From Guillardia theta CCMP2712 (Eukaryota; Protista; Cryptophyta), in contig NW_005434630.1 in the NCBI RefSeq assembly GCF_000315625.1, forward strand, positions 62,001 to 126,000: a stretch of 64,000 bases of DNA, given 5' to 3'. A program made the position numbers and the translations under genes. Of the stretch, positions 1-10,927 are shown in pieces (the stretch's first letter is position 1; each line of letters opens with the position of its first letter). Below the pieces are notes generated by a model. It was not told the DNA's origin, ran no database searches, and was given only the letters and a program-made list of their open reading frames with translations.

Positions 1-819
1 TTGTATCGAAGGTGTCTTGCCGGTCAAGAAGCAGCATCTGGGATTGAAGAATTTGTCAAGCTCTATGAAGCTTTCCCAACCCCAACTGCTCTCTTCTGAA
101 GTGAACCTCTGAGAGAGAGACTTGACGACTGTTTCATCTTTGCATGTCATCAGTTCACACAAGATCTTCATGTATGGCAACGACCTTGAGCTGCCGTCTC
201 TGACTGCCCCAGCTTACTTGAGGCTTGAGACTTTCCCAAAGACGCTTTTGAAGAAACCTCGCTCGCTGTTTCAATCGTATCAGATCAAATTCTAGAGCCT
301 CGTAGTTCACCCTTGCTCCGAGATGAGGCTGAGCTTGACTTTGTGCTGGAGTGTTTCGATCGCACGCTCTGAGACGAACCAGATTCACTGGTCGATGAAG
401 ACCGCACTTCTCCTTTCGTTGACTTCCTCTTTCGATCTCCGTAGTCTGGAGCATATGACACCTGAATAGAAGCAAACATCGGGGATGGAGAGAAGAACTG
501 TCTGCTTGTGATACCTTGATAGTTGCAAAGGCTGCGGTGTCTCTACGTGATGGATCGGGGAGTCTGTTCACATACAGACTAGCATATTCCATGTCGACAC
601 AACCTTGATCGCTTGTTATTGCATGATGTCGAAACAATCACGACAACCTTTTGGAAAGAATACAAGTTGCCATTCGTCGAAACCACACTGCACGGGAGGA
701 AACATTCTGACGTCATCACCGAAACTTACATTTCTGAACCTTCCGACTTGCCAGGTGAAGGTGGTGAGATCGCCGACCTTCTTGAGGTCCTTCACTCGGT
801 TCACGCTTCCTCCGAACAT
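1..819 (-). CDS. MATH/TRAF-domain protein, multi-exon, runs off the left edge
   Basis: Spliced translation gives FTWQVGRF...CGFDEWQLVFFPKG|CVDMEYASLYV (MATH N-terminal half). Near positions 1-110 it gives LGWESFIELDKFFNPRCCFL (MATH C-terminal half). Short GT-AG introns separate the exons. Confidence 0.7.
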
Positions 820-1914
820 CTCAGCTCCATTCCCACGCCATGCCCATCAGTATCCACTAATAGTAACACCAACCCTGCACCACCCCTACCCCTTATTCAT
901 ACTGCTTTCACCCTGGCATGTACCCCCCGTGTCTCCTGTTCATCGTGAGCGCGGGTGAGGGAGCATGGGGTGAAGGCAGTTCCAAGGATCCTGTGTGGAA
1001 GCTCGCAGACCAGGAGAGCAGCTGAGCATATAGAGAGATATGCCTATGAAGAGAGCGTGCTTCAATCTCCTAGTAGGCGCTGTGTGAGTAAATTCTCACT
1101 CTACCTTGTCAACGCTGCTCGCCAAAATGATGATACACTTTACTTCACTACACCAAAAGTGATCGAACTGAATTGGAATTTATGGAATTCCTCTCTCATC
1201 TACTGGAAGTTCAAAACCATGAAGGCTCTCCGCTTCATTGTAGCATGCACTCTCAGAGAAAACTCTGAGGTCCTTGCATCAAGCTCTGCACCTTGTGAGT
1301 TTTCTTTATCGCACAACGCTGCAATCAAAGTATGTCACTAAATTGTTAAAAACACATCCAACAACTTATTAAGTTCTCATTCACTCACCAGATAGAGCGA
1401 AAGCCTCTTCGATCATCTCTTTGACGATGATTTGACAGATGCGTAAAACAGTCTTGTTCTGTCCCACACCTCTTTCACTCCTTGGAGATTTTGACAAGCT
1501 TGTGCAAGTTTGATTTACCCCGCTTGTATCTCTCAGGTAGAGGGAATATGGATCATTATACCACTCTGAATCATCAACAACCGTCGGGCTGATAAAGGTT
1601 GAACTTGAATGTTCTTGATGGTGATCAGACAATGAAAGCTCAGACGCAACCAGAGGTGGAGCATGTCGACTCGAGTTCATTGTCTTGCAATGATATCAGG
1701 ACACTGGCATCGTGAGCTTATAATTGTTTCCGACTTCAATCATTTTTTGTATTTTTTTCTAGAACTTTGACCTCTACTTCCATAGATTTTGACCGGAGCC
1801 TAGCAACGAATCATCCTCGTTGCCGTCAATTGCAGAAGCAATTTATCATTTTCGCTTTCAAGCTGCTTCACTCTTCGGAGCAGATTTCCCTCCGCATTCG
1901 GCTGAAAAGTTCGA

Positions 1915-3942
1915 TCAAAGCTGTTCGCACAAACAAACAACACTCACCACCGCATGTAAGCTGGAGCGCAGCCCATTGACAATATCTTCGAAAATTGGAA
2001 TTGATGACTTTGACAGGTCCCTGTCATGCTTCTTGACATACTCGTGATTAAACAAAGGCCACGCCCCAGAACCTCTTTCGTCATGAAAATCATTTACGTC
2101 AATTTTCTTCCGATACTGAGTCACATGGTGAAATCTTGAAGATTCCGCGCAAACAATCAATTCGTTCTTGGAAAGCAATTGGAAATTGGAGAAAGATCTG
2201 CTTCGCATTGGCCTTGCTTTAGCAACCTCTGTACAGAGCTCCCTAATTCTGCTGTCCGTTCCACATTTAAGGCACTTGTCGAATCGTTTGATGAAAGACT
2301 GTCTAGCAAGCGTAATATCAAACCATTGCCAAAAGGAGAATGAAAGAGAATTCCAAATTTCTCTCTTGAGGCAATGCACATAGAGCCTTCTTCGTGCCAA
2401 TTTCTCTCGGGCTCGGTTCTCCAATATCAAGAAGCTGGAAACCATTACGATTCTACTATGCTTCGATCGCAGACTTTCAAGAACAAGCATGTTCTTTTTC
2501 CTGACGTTGGTCACAATCAAATTCCATTCGCAAAAAACAATCTCCTTGCATGACCTGCTGTCCCAATCCATGAAGTAATTGTCGAACTTTGAAATCCAAT
2601 TCTTTCTTCTTAGTAGATAAGACCAAAGCGCAAATACTTGTTGAGATACAGAAAAATTCCGTATCTTCGCCTTTCGAATCAAGCCCGCCTTAGCTGCGAT
2701 CAGGACTCTGGAATACATTTTCCAAGAATCCCAGATATCTTGTAGACTGAAGGATATTTGCTTCCGAATGCAAACAGCCTTTCGCACCCTCATGCCCAAC
2801 GCAGATAGTTTTCTCCAAAGCAGAAAGCATTTCTCCTTTTCTAGACCAGACAGGGCTTCATTCGAGCGCAACATCCTCTCCACCATTTGCTTTGCTTTGA
2901 CATGCTTTCTCCAAACATGAAAATATGACAAGAGGTATCTATGCAATCTATGCGACGAATTTTCAATCAATCGCTTGGTCCATTTTTTAGTTGACAAGAA
3001 TATAGACCATCCATGAAGGACTGCTTCGAAAATCTTATAATGTTGATGCAATCGAAGTCGCTTAGGGTCTGACCGATGTGCCTTTTTTACCATCTCCCCC
3101 CATGTGCAAAACCAGCCATTTACGATTGTTCTTGTCTTCTTTTCCGAAAGCAAATTCAATGTGTGTTTCAAAACTTTCTTGGAATGTGCAAGTCCAATCC
3201 AATATCCAGTGATTTTTATCATCAATTCGTTGGTTTTTCTTGTCCTGAAGTTTGACATACGGATCCTTGTTTCAATTTTGTGGTAAAATGATTCGTACCA
3301 TGTCTGAAACATGTGATGCACACGAGATGAAATTCTCTTCTGCGAAATAATTCTGAAAATATTCAAAATTCTTTGTCTTTGCGAGCAACATATGGACCAA
3401 TCAAGAAAGTAGGACCACAGAATCTCAATGCGGATGTGGTTTGAATACTTTCGAAACGCTCCAAGAAGAAACCGACTTCTTTTTGAAAAATGTTTCCACA
3501 TATCAAACCTTGCAAAGCAAAGTAATTTGAATTGTCTATGACGAAATGCTGTGACCAATTGCAGCTCCCATTTTTTGTGTGATAAAACTGTCTTGGTTCG
3601 CAAGAACCATCTTGACATTGTATCTGCTCTCACTCGAGTTTTTCTGCGATCTATCAAAGATAGCATTCTATTTCTAAGAAATTTGGATCTGTTTGCAAAC
3701 TGTCTGATGCAGTTATACACATGTTGAACAGTTTGCCTTTTTTGGCGTTGACCTTTCCTTGTTGCCAATGAAGTATTGTGAATTTCTAGTTTCATCTCGA
3801 AAATTTGCCGAATCCATCTGTCAAAAAAATTTTTTTGGTGCCAACGTGACCATAGACTGATGGACGATTTCAATGCAATATTTTGCAACTTGAGGCCAAC
3901 AATCCTGTTCTGTTGGAGAATTCGGAAGCATGTTTCCTGCAA
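1915..3942 (-). CDS. Sfi1-like (centrin-binding) helical repeat protein; largest exon of a gene probably spanning about 1200-5240
   Basis: The 675-aa basic ORF has recurring F-x-x-W motifs (FDRW, FDMW, FLDW, FQTW, FCTW, FHVW, FLLW, FALW, FCEW, FWQW) at roughly 30-35 aa spacing, typical of Sfi1 repeats. Flanking minus-strand exons lie at 1381-1680 and about 3950-5240. Confidence 0.6.
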   Translation of the reverse strand: MQETCFRILQQNRIVGLKLQNIALKSSISLWSRWHQKNFFDRWIRQIFEMKLEIHNTSLATRKGQRQKRQTVQHVYNCIRQFANRSKFLRNRMLSLIDRRKTRVRADTMSRWFLRTKTVLSHKKWELQLVTAFRHRQFKLLCFARFDMWKHFSKRSRFLLGAFRKYSNHIRIEILWSYFLDWSICCSQRQRILNIFRIISQKRISSRVHHMFQTWYESFYHKIETRIRMSNFRTRKTNELMIKITGYWIGLAHSKKVLKHTLNLLSEKKTRTIVNGWFCTWGEMVKKAHRSDPKRLRLHQHYKIFEAVLHGWSIFLSTKKWTKRLIENSSHRLHRYLLSYFHVWRKHVKAKQMVERMLRSNEALSGLEKEKCFLLWRKLSALGMRVRKAVCIRKQISFSLQDIWDSWKMYSRVLIAAKAGLIRKAKIRNFSVSQQVFALWSYLLRRKNWISKFDNYFMDWDSRSCKEIVFCEWNLIVTNVRKKNMLVLESLRSKHSRIVMVSSFLILENRAREKLARRRLYVHCLKREIWNSLSFSFWQWFDITLARQSFIKRFDKCLKCGTDSRIRELCTEVAKARPMRSRSFSNFQLLSKNELIVCAESSRFHHVTQYRKKIDVNDFHDERGSGAWPLFNHEYVKKHDRDLSKSSIPIFEDIVNGLRSSLHAVVSVVCLCEQL

Positions 3943-5519
3943 TAAACGGGACTCACAAAAAGCGTCGAGAGAGGATGTTGGGTACCTTCATTATCAATGG
4001 TTTTGATTCAAAGAAATGTCGAACTGCCTTGATACCGTGGACGTTTTGCCTCCAATATGTGAAACAACCAATTAGCTCACTTTTCTCGTTCACTGCAACT
4101 TTCAAAGTAAGAGATTTCATCTTGCAATTTTCCATTTTGTTCTCCAAAGCTGCAATTTTCCTTCCGTAAAGTTATATCCCTCCATTTCAACCTAAGATTT
4201 ACCTCGTAAAGAACAAAGCAAATTGATCGCTCTGCTTGTGAGCCAACTCCAAAACAACACACGTGGTAGTCAACTCATTCTGAGAAATTTTGTTAGACTG
4301 ATTCCGATGAAAGCAGTGAATACATCTATTCGCTCAAGTTCTTCCCTATAATGATCTCTCTCACAATCAAAGAAATTCGATATTTCTGCAATGCGCTTTT
4401 CCAATCGATATTTCTTGTAACATCATGTCATTTCACTTAATAAAGTTTGAAAGCAAAGGGATTTTACATCTTCAAGAAGAGCTTCCACTGACTGATTGTT
4501 CTGTGCTTGAGTAAGTGACGAGAAGGGGATTATATTAGAAATAGATACCCGTTTTGGAGTATTGAGAAGTAGATTTGACCTGCAACAGACAACGTAAACG
4601 ATTGAATTTCAGCCAACATGGAGAACATACCTAAGGTACCATGGTTTTCCATCGACTGATTTGGGTTCATTTTGTATTCCAGCACCTTCAAACATAGCCT
4701 TTTCCTGCAAACAATAATTGATGGAAAGGTAAGAAGAGAAGAAAAGGAATTGTCTCTCTCACTAGGCCTTCGGGGGTCATTGGTATTTCACTTTTGGGAC
4801 CCTCTTTCAAACGGATCGGGGTAAAAGGTGTTCCATCGCTGAGATATTTGTGTCAGAATCAAGAAACCAACATCGAAAAACCTTGCACCTTGATCGAAAG
4901 CCAATCTTTGCTTGAATCTGGGAACTTGTAGCAACATTTGGCCCGCTTTCCTCGAGGATATTCTCTTGCATTTCATCATCTACAGAAATTGAATCGGATC
5001 CGCATTCACGTAGGACACTCGCTCTTTGTTCAAGAATTTGCCTACGAAGTTGATCACAAAAATAGAACATACGTATGCACTCCTCATCACCAGTCTTCTT
5101 CGTTAGAACCGTCCTGCTCAGAGGAATCGTCCATTTTGATTTAACCTGCCATGAATCATTTCCACATCAGAGCAAATCGTATGGGTTCTTTTCATCTTTT
5201 GGCCATCCTTGTATCCTGGTCGTTGCACTTTTTTTTTGTCATGGAGAGAACCTTTCAACTTTCAACTGATTCAATCTTGCTTCTTCCATCAATTGCTTCT
5301 AGGTTGATCGCGGACAAAACATTCGTAACTCATCGTCGTCTAAAACGACCCTTAAACACCTATCGTCCTTTCTTTCTTTCCTACCATGGAATTCGAAGTT
5401 CTTTGCCTACATACTTTCTGTGTCTTTCGACTCCCCTAAAGCACAGCATTCTCCTCTGCTCTGCGCTTTGTTCTCAATCATTTCCGCACGATTCCTCTAG
5501 TACGAGGTAACTCTTCGGA

Positions 5520-5860
5520 TCCTCTACCACCGTGGGGTACCCTACCTCGCTACTACCGAGTCCACCCCTGCTCTATCCATCATATACCCCACTGTCGTTG
5601 ACCATAGGCCCTAAAATGGTTGGTAGGGTCGGTACCTTTCTGACCGAAGTTGGAGGGGTACCTAGGCCCGGGAGGCACTGTCATAGCCGCTCCCAGTGAA
5701 AATAGAGGGCCTACTGTTCGGCCGGGCCCCGGGCCGAGCTGGCCCGGCATGCCGGCATGGCCTCCACGAACTTGTTTGTCGTGGTCTGACGGTCAGTTAC
5801 ACGATCTGGCCCACGAACTACCACCCACCCATCTTTTGACCTTGACTACCCCCACCGAGA
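5520..5860. promoter_or_regulatory. Intergenic island with GC palindromes and ACCC/GGGT-rich flanks between divergent genes
   Basis: CCGGCATGCCGG palindrome at 5744-5755, CCGGGCCCCGGG, and repeated TACCC/CACCC words. No credible ORF. Confidence 0.4.
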
Positions 5861-6087
5861 TAGAGAAACAGGGTGCAAAAAGAAACTGTGTATCAACCAA
5901 CACGAGGTAGGGATGAATCGAAGTGAGAGACTGTAGTAGAGCGAAGGAGGGGAGGAGGGAGGAAGGAAAACGAAGCACAGGAGCTTCGTGAAGGAGGTCC
6001 TTAGCCATCCTATCAGGATTTATCGAAGGACGACCATCGTCTTGTTTTTTTCTGACGCTTGTTGATTTATCAGGTACTGCCGATCGA

Positions 6088-7443
6088 ATGTGTGAGGAAG
6101 TATGTGTATTTCAGCAACCTCCACCTTCAAAACCAACAAAGGATCTTGCGCACATGATATCAAACAAATTGTTCAATCATGAGCTGGATTCTGCTATAAG
6201 ACAGATTTTGGTTTCTGGAAACATGATAAACAGTGCCGTTCAGAATCGAGCTATGTTTCGACTTGTGTGCTTGAGGATTGGAGTTGAAAATCAAAATTGC
6301 AAACTCAATGCAGATCTGCAAGGTCACATTTACATGCAATACCTAAAAATGAGACACTGCTTGAGGACGTCAATGAAAAATGCATCCAGGAAAAGGGCTT
6401 TCTTCCATTTGGTAGATGAAAACATTCTAGGAGACTCATACTTTATTCGGAGAGACAGATACTTGATGGGATTGCCAAAGCTCATCGAGACAAGAAGCAA
6501 TGAATCAGGAGTAATACGATCTTTGCTGACCATTTTCGATGCATCTGACCTCATGAAGGCAAATATTGGTATTCAAATCTTACAGAACTCTTGCAAGAAA
6601 GGTTTGATCAAAGCCGTTGAAGAGATTCTACAAACTTCCGCAGCAGCAGAGCTAATCACAGAATGCGATCCCGATGGTAACACATGCCTGCACATCGCAG
6701 CTCGTGCAGGACATCTTCAAGTTATCAAGATGCTTGTTCTACATCCATCTGCCTTGTCATGTGTTTCCAGGGTGAATAAGTCAGGGGAAAGTATTCTGTC
6801 TGTCGCAATCGATGCCAACTCAAATGCGAACAAGATTGTGGAATTTCTGCTCTCCCACGAAAATATTTTTAAGCTTGCAAAGATAACGAGGCGAGAACAA
6901 GAGATCGTCCAATCCATCTTTTCTTCGTCTGAGCCAGACTTGCAACTGTTCAGGACGGTGTTGAATCTGGACTCCAAAGAAATCTTGTGCTGCAGGAATG
7001 CAAACTTGCAGAATATTTTACATCTCGCTGTTCATAATGGATGTACAACGATCGTAGAAGAAGTGATGGAGCACCAGGCTTGCTTGGCACGTTGGAAGGA
7101 TCTCAACGGTCTCACCCCCTTGCATTTGGCATTTCGAAAATCTGATCACTTCTTGCTGCAACTTCTCGTCAATCACGTCGAAAATGTGCATGGTGCCGAC
7201 TGCAGTTGCAGATCTTTGCCCTCTAGCCATTTGCTGTCCGAGATGGAATTGGCAATCCTCATCGAAGACATGAAACGAGTGTTGGAGCAAGCTCAATATT
7301 CAATGCATTGTTGTACAAGTATGACTTCAACTTTGCAACATGGTGCGGCAGACGTTTGTGCATTCAACGAGCTCTTATCGAGCAGCCTCACAAGAGAATT
7401 GACAAGCCTAGACGAGGACAGTCTTTTTCATGCATTCGATTAG
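6088..7443 (+). CDS. Ankyrin-repeat protein (451 aa)
   Basis: Ankyrin motifs GNTCLHIAARAGHLQVIKMLV, GESILSVAI, QNILHLAVHNG and GLTPLHLAF. Confidence 0.85.
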   Translation: MCEEVCVFQQPPPSKPTKDLAHMISNKLFNHELDSAIRQILVSGNMINSAVQNRAMFRLVCLRIGVENQNCKLNADLQGHIYMQYLKMRHCLRTSMKNASRKRAFFHLVDENILGDSYFIRRDRYLMGLPKLIETRSNESGVIRSLLTIFDASDLMKANIGIQILQNSCKKGLIKAVEEILQTSAAAELITECDPDGNTCLHIAARAGHLQVIKMLVLHPSALSCVSRVNKSGESILSVAIDANSNANKIVEFLLSHENIFKLAKITRREQEIVQSIFSSSEPDLQLFRTVLNLDSKEILCCRNANLQNILHLAVHNGCTTIVEEVMEHQACLARWKDLNGLTPLHLAFRKSDHFLLQLLVNHVENVHGADCSCRSLPSSHLLSEMELAILIEDMKRVLEQAQYSMHCCTSMTSTLQHGAADVCAFNELLSSSLTRELTSLDEDSLFHAFD

Positions 7444-7482
7444 CCAATACTTGCAACTAGTTCACTATCCTCGTAACACTCA

Positions 7483-8606
7483 TCACAAGCTTTCTAGCTC
7501 TTCTTCTTCCTGCACCTGATCAATGAATTTAAGTATTTGCTGAGAGTCCACAAACGTCGCAAGCCCCCTCAAATGTGGAGGTGCTGTATCAGCGACGATG
7601 CCTTCGACTGTTCCCACACAGCTACCGTTGCTGTATTAATACCTTTGACTTCAGTACATTTTGAATGTTGCAGTCGACATGTTTTACCTGTCTAAGATGG
7701 GTCCACCACACATTCCCATCTGTAGCACACTCTGGGTTCTGGCAAAGCACTGGCACTATTCAGAGGAAAGTGAAATAAGACCAAGCCTACTTGTTGTCTA
7801 TCGTTCATTCCAATGAAGCTTCCCGGTACAACACAAGGTTCCTGAAAAACATTCAAAATCGGTGTAGAGACAACCCAAACCAGGTGCATACTTGTGCCTG
7901 AGAATGATCCTCGGTATGAATGAGTCTATGACCATGAAAGACAATCTGAGTAGCGATCAAACGACCGTTTGATCAGCAACAAAGAAACAACAAACCTCGT
8001 CTCGGGGACACAAACTTGTGTCTCTCAAATCATGGAAAATGAAATGATCGTGAGGTGTTCCATCATCATTCTGTATAGAACTCAATTGCGAAATCAATTC
8101 ATCATCGTCTTCAGCACGCAAAGCAGCCAAATCTCGAATGTGATGCGTCTTGTATGAATTGGCCAGCACGGTTGAGAACTTTATTTCACCATTTGGTTTT
8201 CTGATTTCAAGTCTGGCTTGAATATTCCTGCACAAACCCAAGTCAGAAAGCCTCCCATCTCATCAGGTGTACGTAGCAGCAGGACTCACTCTCGTCCAAT
8301 GCTGTGCAGCCATTCGTATTGCTCCACAGGATAATAATTGGGGAACTGAAATGGCAAGATGACGTGCGCTGAAGCGATGATTCGCAGCACTCCCTTGCTT
8401 TTCTGACCTCCTTCCCAGTTACCAGTCTTGACAATAAAACCACTGGCTCTGCTTAGAAACTCAAATTCTTGCATCCCTTTCTCAGGGATGCGGAACCACG
8501 AGGATATGCAATAAGAAAGATGCTTGGCATTGGAAGACGAAGAAAAGAATCGCTTCGGATGCGAAAAAAAATAGTTTGCTCTCGGAAGAAAGTTGCGATA
8601 AATCAT
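7483..8606 (-). CDS. Trypsin/chymotrypsin-fold protease with Cys nucleophile; possible mitochondrial presequence; multi-exon
   Basis: IIASAHVI (His), HHIRDLAAL (Asp), and spliced CFARTQSVLQMGMCGGPILDSNGSCVGTVEGIV (GMCGGP at 7699-7716). The N-terminus MIYRNFLPRANYFFSHPKRFFSSSS is basic and lacks acidic residues. The start codon is uncertain. Confidence 0.7.
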
Positions 8607-8619
8607 TTTTCAGCGTCCT

Positions 8620-8863
8620 TCACTGGTCCTTCTGTTCTCTGACCTCGCCCTTCTTCGAGTTGAAAGCAAAAGGAGTGTTTGTGGATATCATTTTTGAAGC
8701 TCCGGGAGTTGTCATGTAGAAAACCAATCCTGCTACTCCCCACGCTGCAAACGACTTGAAGCTGAACATCCTGTATGGTAAAACAATAAGGACATACACA
8801 ATGCGGAATGAACGCTAGAAGACTCACCTGTATCCAAACATGCCTGAATCCAGAGAGTTCCAC
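8620..8863 (-). CDS. Possible small single-transmembrane protein (spliced)
   Basis: A canonical gtgagt...catacag intron joins WNSLDSGMFGYR|MFSFKSFAAWGVAGLVFYMTTPG...KDQ*. The start was not determined. Confidence 0.3.
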
Positions 8864-9017
8864 CTGCGCAATTCGTAAAACATTGAATTATACCATTCAT
8901 GTTGTTTGAATCAAGCTCTTGACCTTTCTACATATTGATCTCATCTGATCCTACGACTTCCCTGCCCTCCCCGCCTGCTCTTCGCCTGATAGCCTATCAT
9001 CCCTTCCTTCCTCTACC

Positions 9018-10736
9018 CTAGCCTTTTAGGTGTTCCGATGCTTCCTCTTCGGCCTCATCCGTTACATCCGTTACATATTCCTCATCCCCCTCATCCCGAA
9101 GCCTGTCAAGGGTCGCGGTTGGCATGGCTGAGGAGAATCCGATCCCTCGGCTAGACGCCTGCTGCGGGTAAGCTCCCCTCTCCCTCCTGCCCTCCTGCCC
9201 TCCTGCCCTTCCAGCCTCTCTCCATCCTTTGCTCCTTTTCTGTTCCTCTTCCTTTGTCCTGTCTCTCCTGCATCGCTCTACTCTCCATTCTCCTCTTTCC
9301 TCCTTTCCTCCTTTCCTCCTTTCCTCCTTTCCTCCTTTCCTCCTTTCCTCCTTTCCTCCTTTCCTCCTTTCCTCCTTTCCTCCTTTCCTCCTTTCCTCCT
9401 TTCCTCCTTTCCTCCTTCCCTCCTTCCCTCCTTCCCTCCTTCCCTCCTCCCTCCTTCTTCCTCCCACCTCCATCTCCCTCCTGCCTCCTCCCATATGCAA
9501 TTGTTTTAGCTCAATCCTTTTACTCTCTACCTTCTCCTTCGGCTTTGCTTGATCATTTGTCAATCGCTCCTCTAGCCTACCAAACCCTTTGTTGTCACTA
9601 GACCCTGCATATCCTCCTCATGAATACGTGGCGTTCCTTTTGAATTGTTTCTCTCTTACGCGATGAGATCAACCCAAGTAAAACTTGCAAGTCTGACCTT
9701 TTTTCAGATGCATTCAGCTCAAGCTGGGTGTTCTTATCCTTTGCGTCCTGCAGGTTGGTTGTTTACTTCTCAGTTTTTCCTCGATTTTGACCACTTGCTT
9801 GCAATTTTATGGCATCATTAGATGATAGCATCTGGCTTCATGATGCTTCTGATAGGGTCATACCTTCTCTTTGGTTACGCGTGAGTTTCACAATTGTTTT
9901 CAAGTGTGGCATTTGGCGCCTAAGTGATGGTATCAGGCCTGGAGACAATCTTCCAATGCTTGGAGGAGCATTCACTCTGTTTGCCCTCATCGTGGTTTGA
10001 TAATTCGTCTTCTGCAATGTATGTTCGATGTGAATCTGGAAATAGGTCATGCTCTTGACAGCAGCAGAGTTTGGCTTTGCTCTGTACGCGTTCAGGTCAA
10101 ATTTCTTTTTATTTGGAGGAAATCTTGAAAGCTCATCAAGTGTTGCAGTGACATCCGTAAGGCAGAACCTCAGGGAATCAGGTCCTCCTTTTCTTCTGAT
10201 CATCTCCTTTCGTCTATCTGTGTCATTTGCAGATGAAATGACAGCACCTTCAGATTCTATTATATTGTGAAGATTGTATCCTTCTTCCTAAGCCTGTTTG
10301 TGTTCTGCTTGACAAGTGACTGGACGTAAGGTCTTGAGAGGCTATGAGAGTGTAGATTTACATAACAGCAGTTCGCCCGAAATTTTGAACTTGTTCATCT
10401 CGTCGAGCATCAGCTTGTACTGCATTTGGTGCATATGGTCGTTGCATGAAGGTATCTTTTGCTCATGTTTTTGAAAGGGCTTGATCAATTTTTCAGCATT
10501 GATGCTGGGAGGAGAAGCCGCTGCAAAGGCTGGGTTTACTTTGGAGGAGGTGAAGATGCTTTCTCCATATGTTGTGCTGATCTGCGGCGTTTCCAGGCCT
10601 CGGCCACTTCACCTTTGCTAAAGAAGGTAGCGGAGGAGAAAGAATCCAAGGTGAGCTTTCGTTGAAGAGAGGAGTTGGTAATCTCAGCCCTGATTACAGG
10701 GATCCATGCAATCAGCGTATGTCTGACGGGCCACAT
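9018..10736 (-). CDS. Hypothetical multi-exon protein
   Basis: A chain of minus-strand open segments bounded by GT/AG (e.g. 9838-10203). The acidic final exon ends at 9018. No family was recognised and the boundaries are approximate. Confidence 0.4.
9292..9425. repeat. (TTTCCTCC)n polypyrimidine minisatellite, about 15 copies, probably intronic
   Basis: The 8-mer tandem repeat is directly visible. Confidence 0.95.
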
Positions 10737-10927
10737 AGTACTAGTCGCCCTTGTAAGTTACCGAAATGCAAGAGATGAAATCTCTCAAGTTTATTTTTGC
10801 AAAGATACGATAAAAGTCGTCCCCAGGGACATAGCAGACGCGCCAAGATTCGCAGACCATGACAAGGGGGAGCCTAGAAGATCGAACAGGATTGTAGTCA
10901 GGCAACTTCCAGCAGATTCTAGACGAA

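Noticed and set aside
8603-8606. Prokaryote-like ATGA stop/start overlap between ORF 8603-8863 and the protease
   Set aside because: That upstream ORF reads through an evident intron. The more protein-like spliced frame stops at 8620.
9018-9601. ORFs with KGGKEERR / SSFPPFLL repeats
   Set aside because: These are translations of the (TTTCCTCC)n minisatellite, which is probably intronic.
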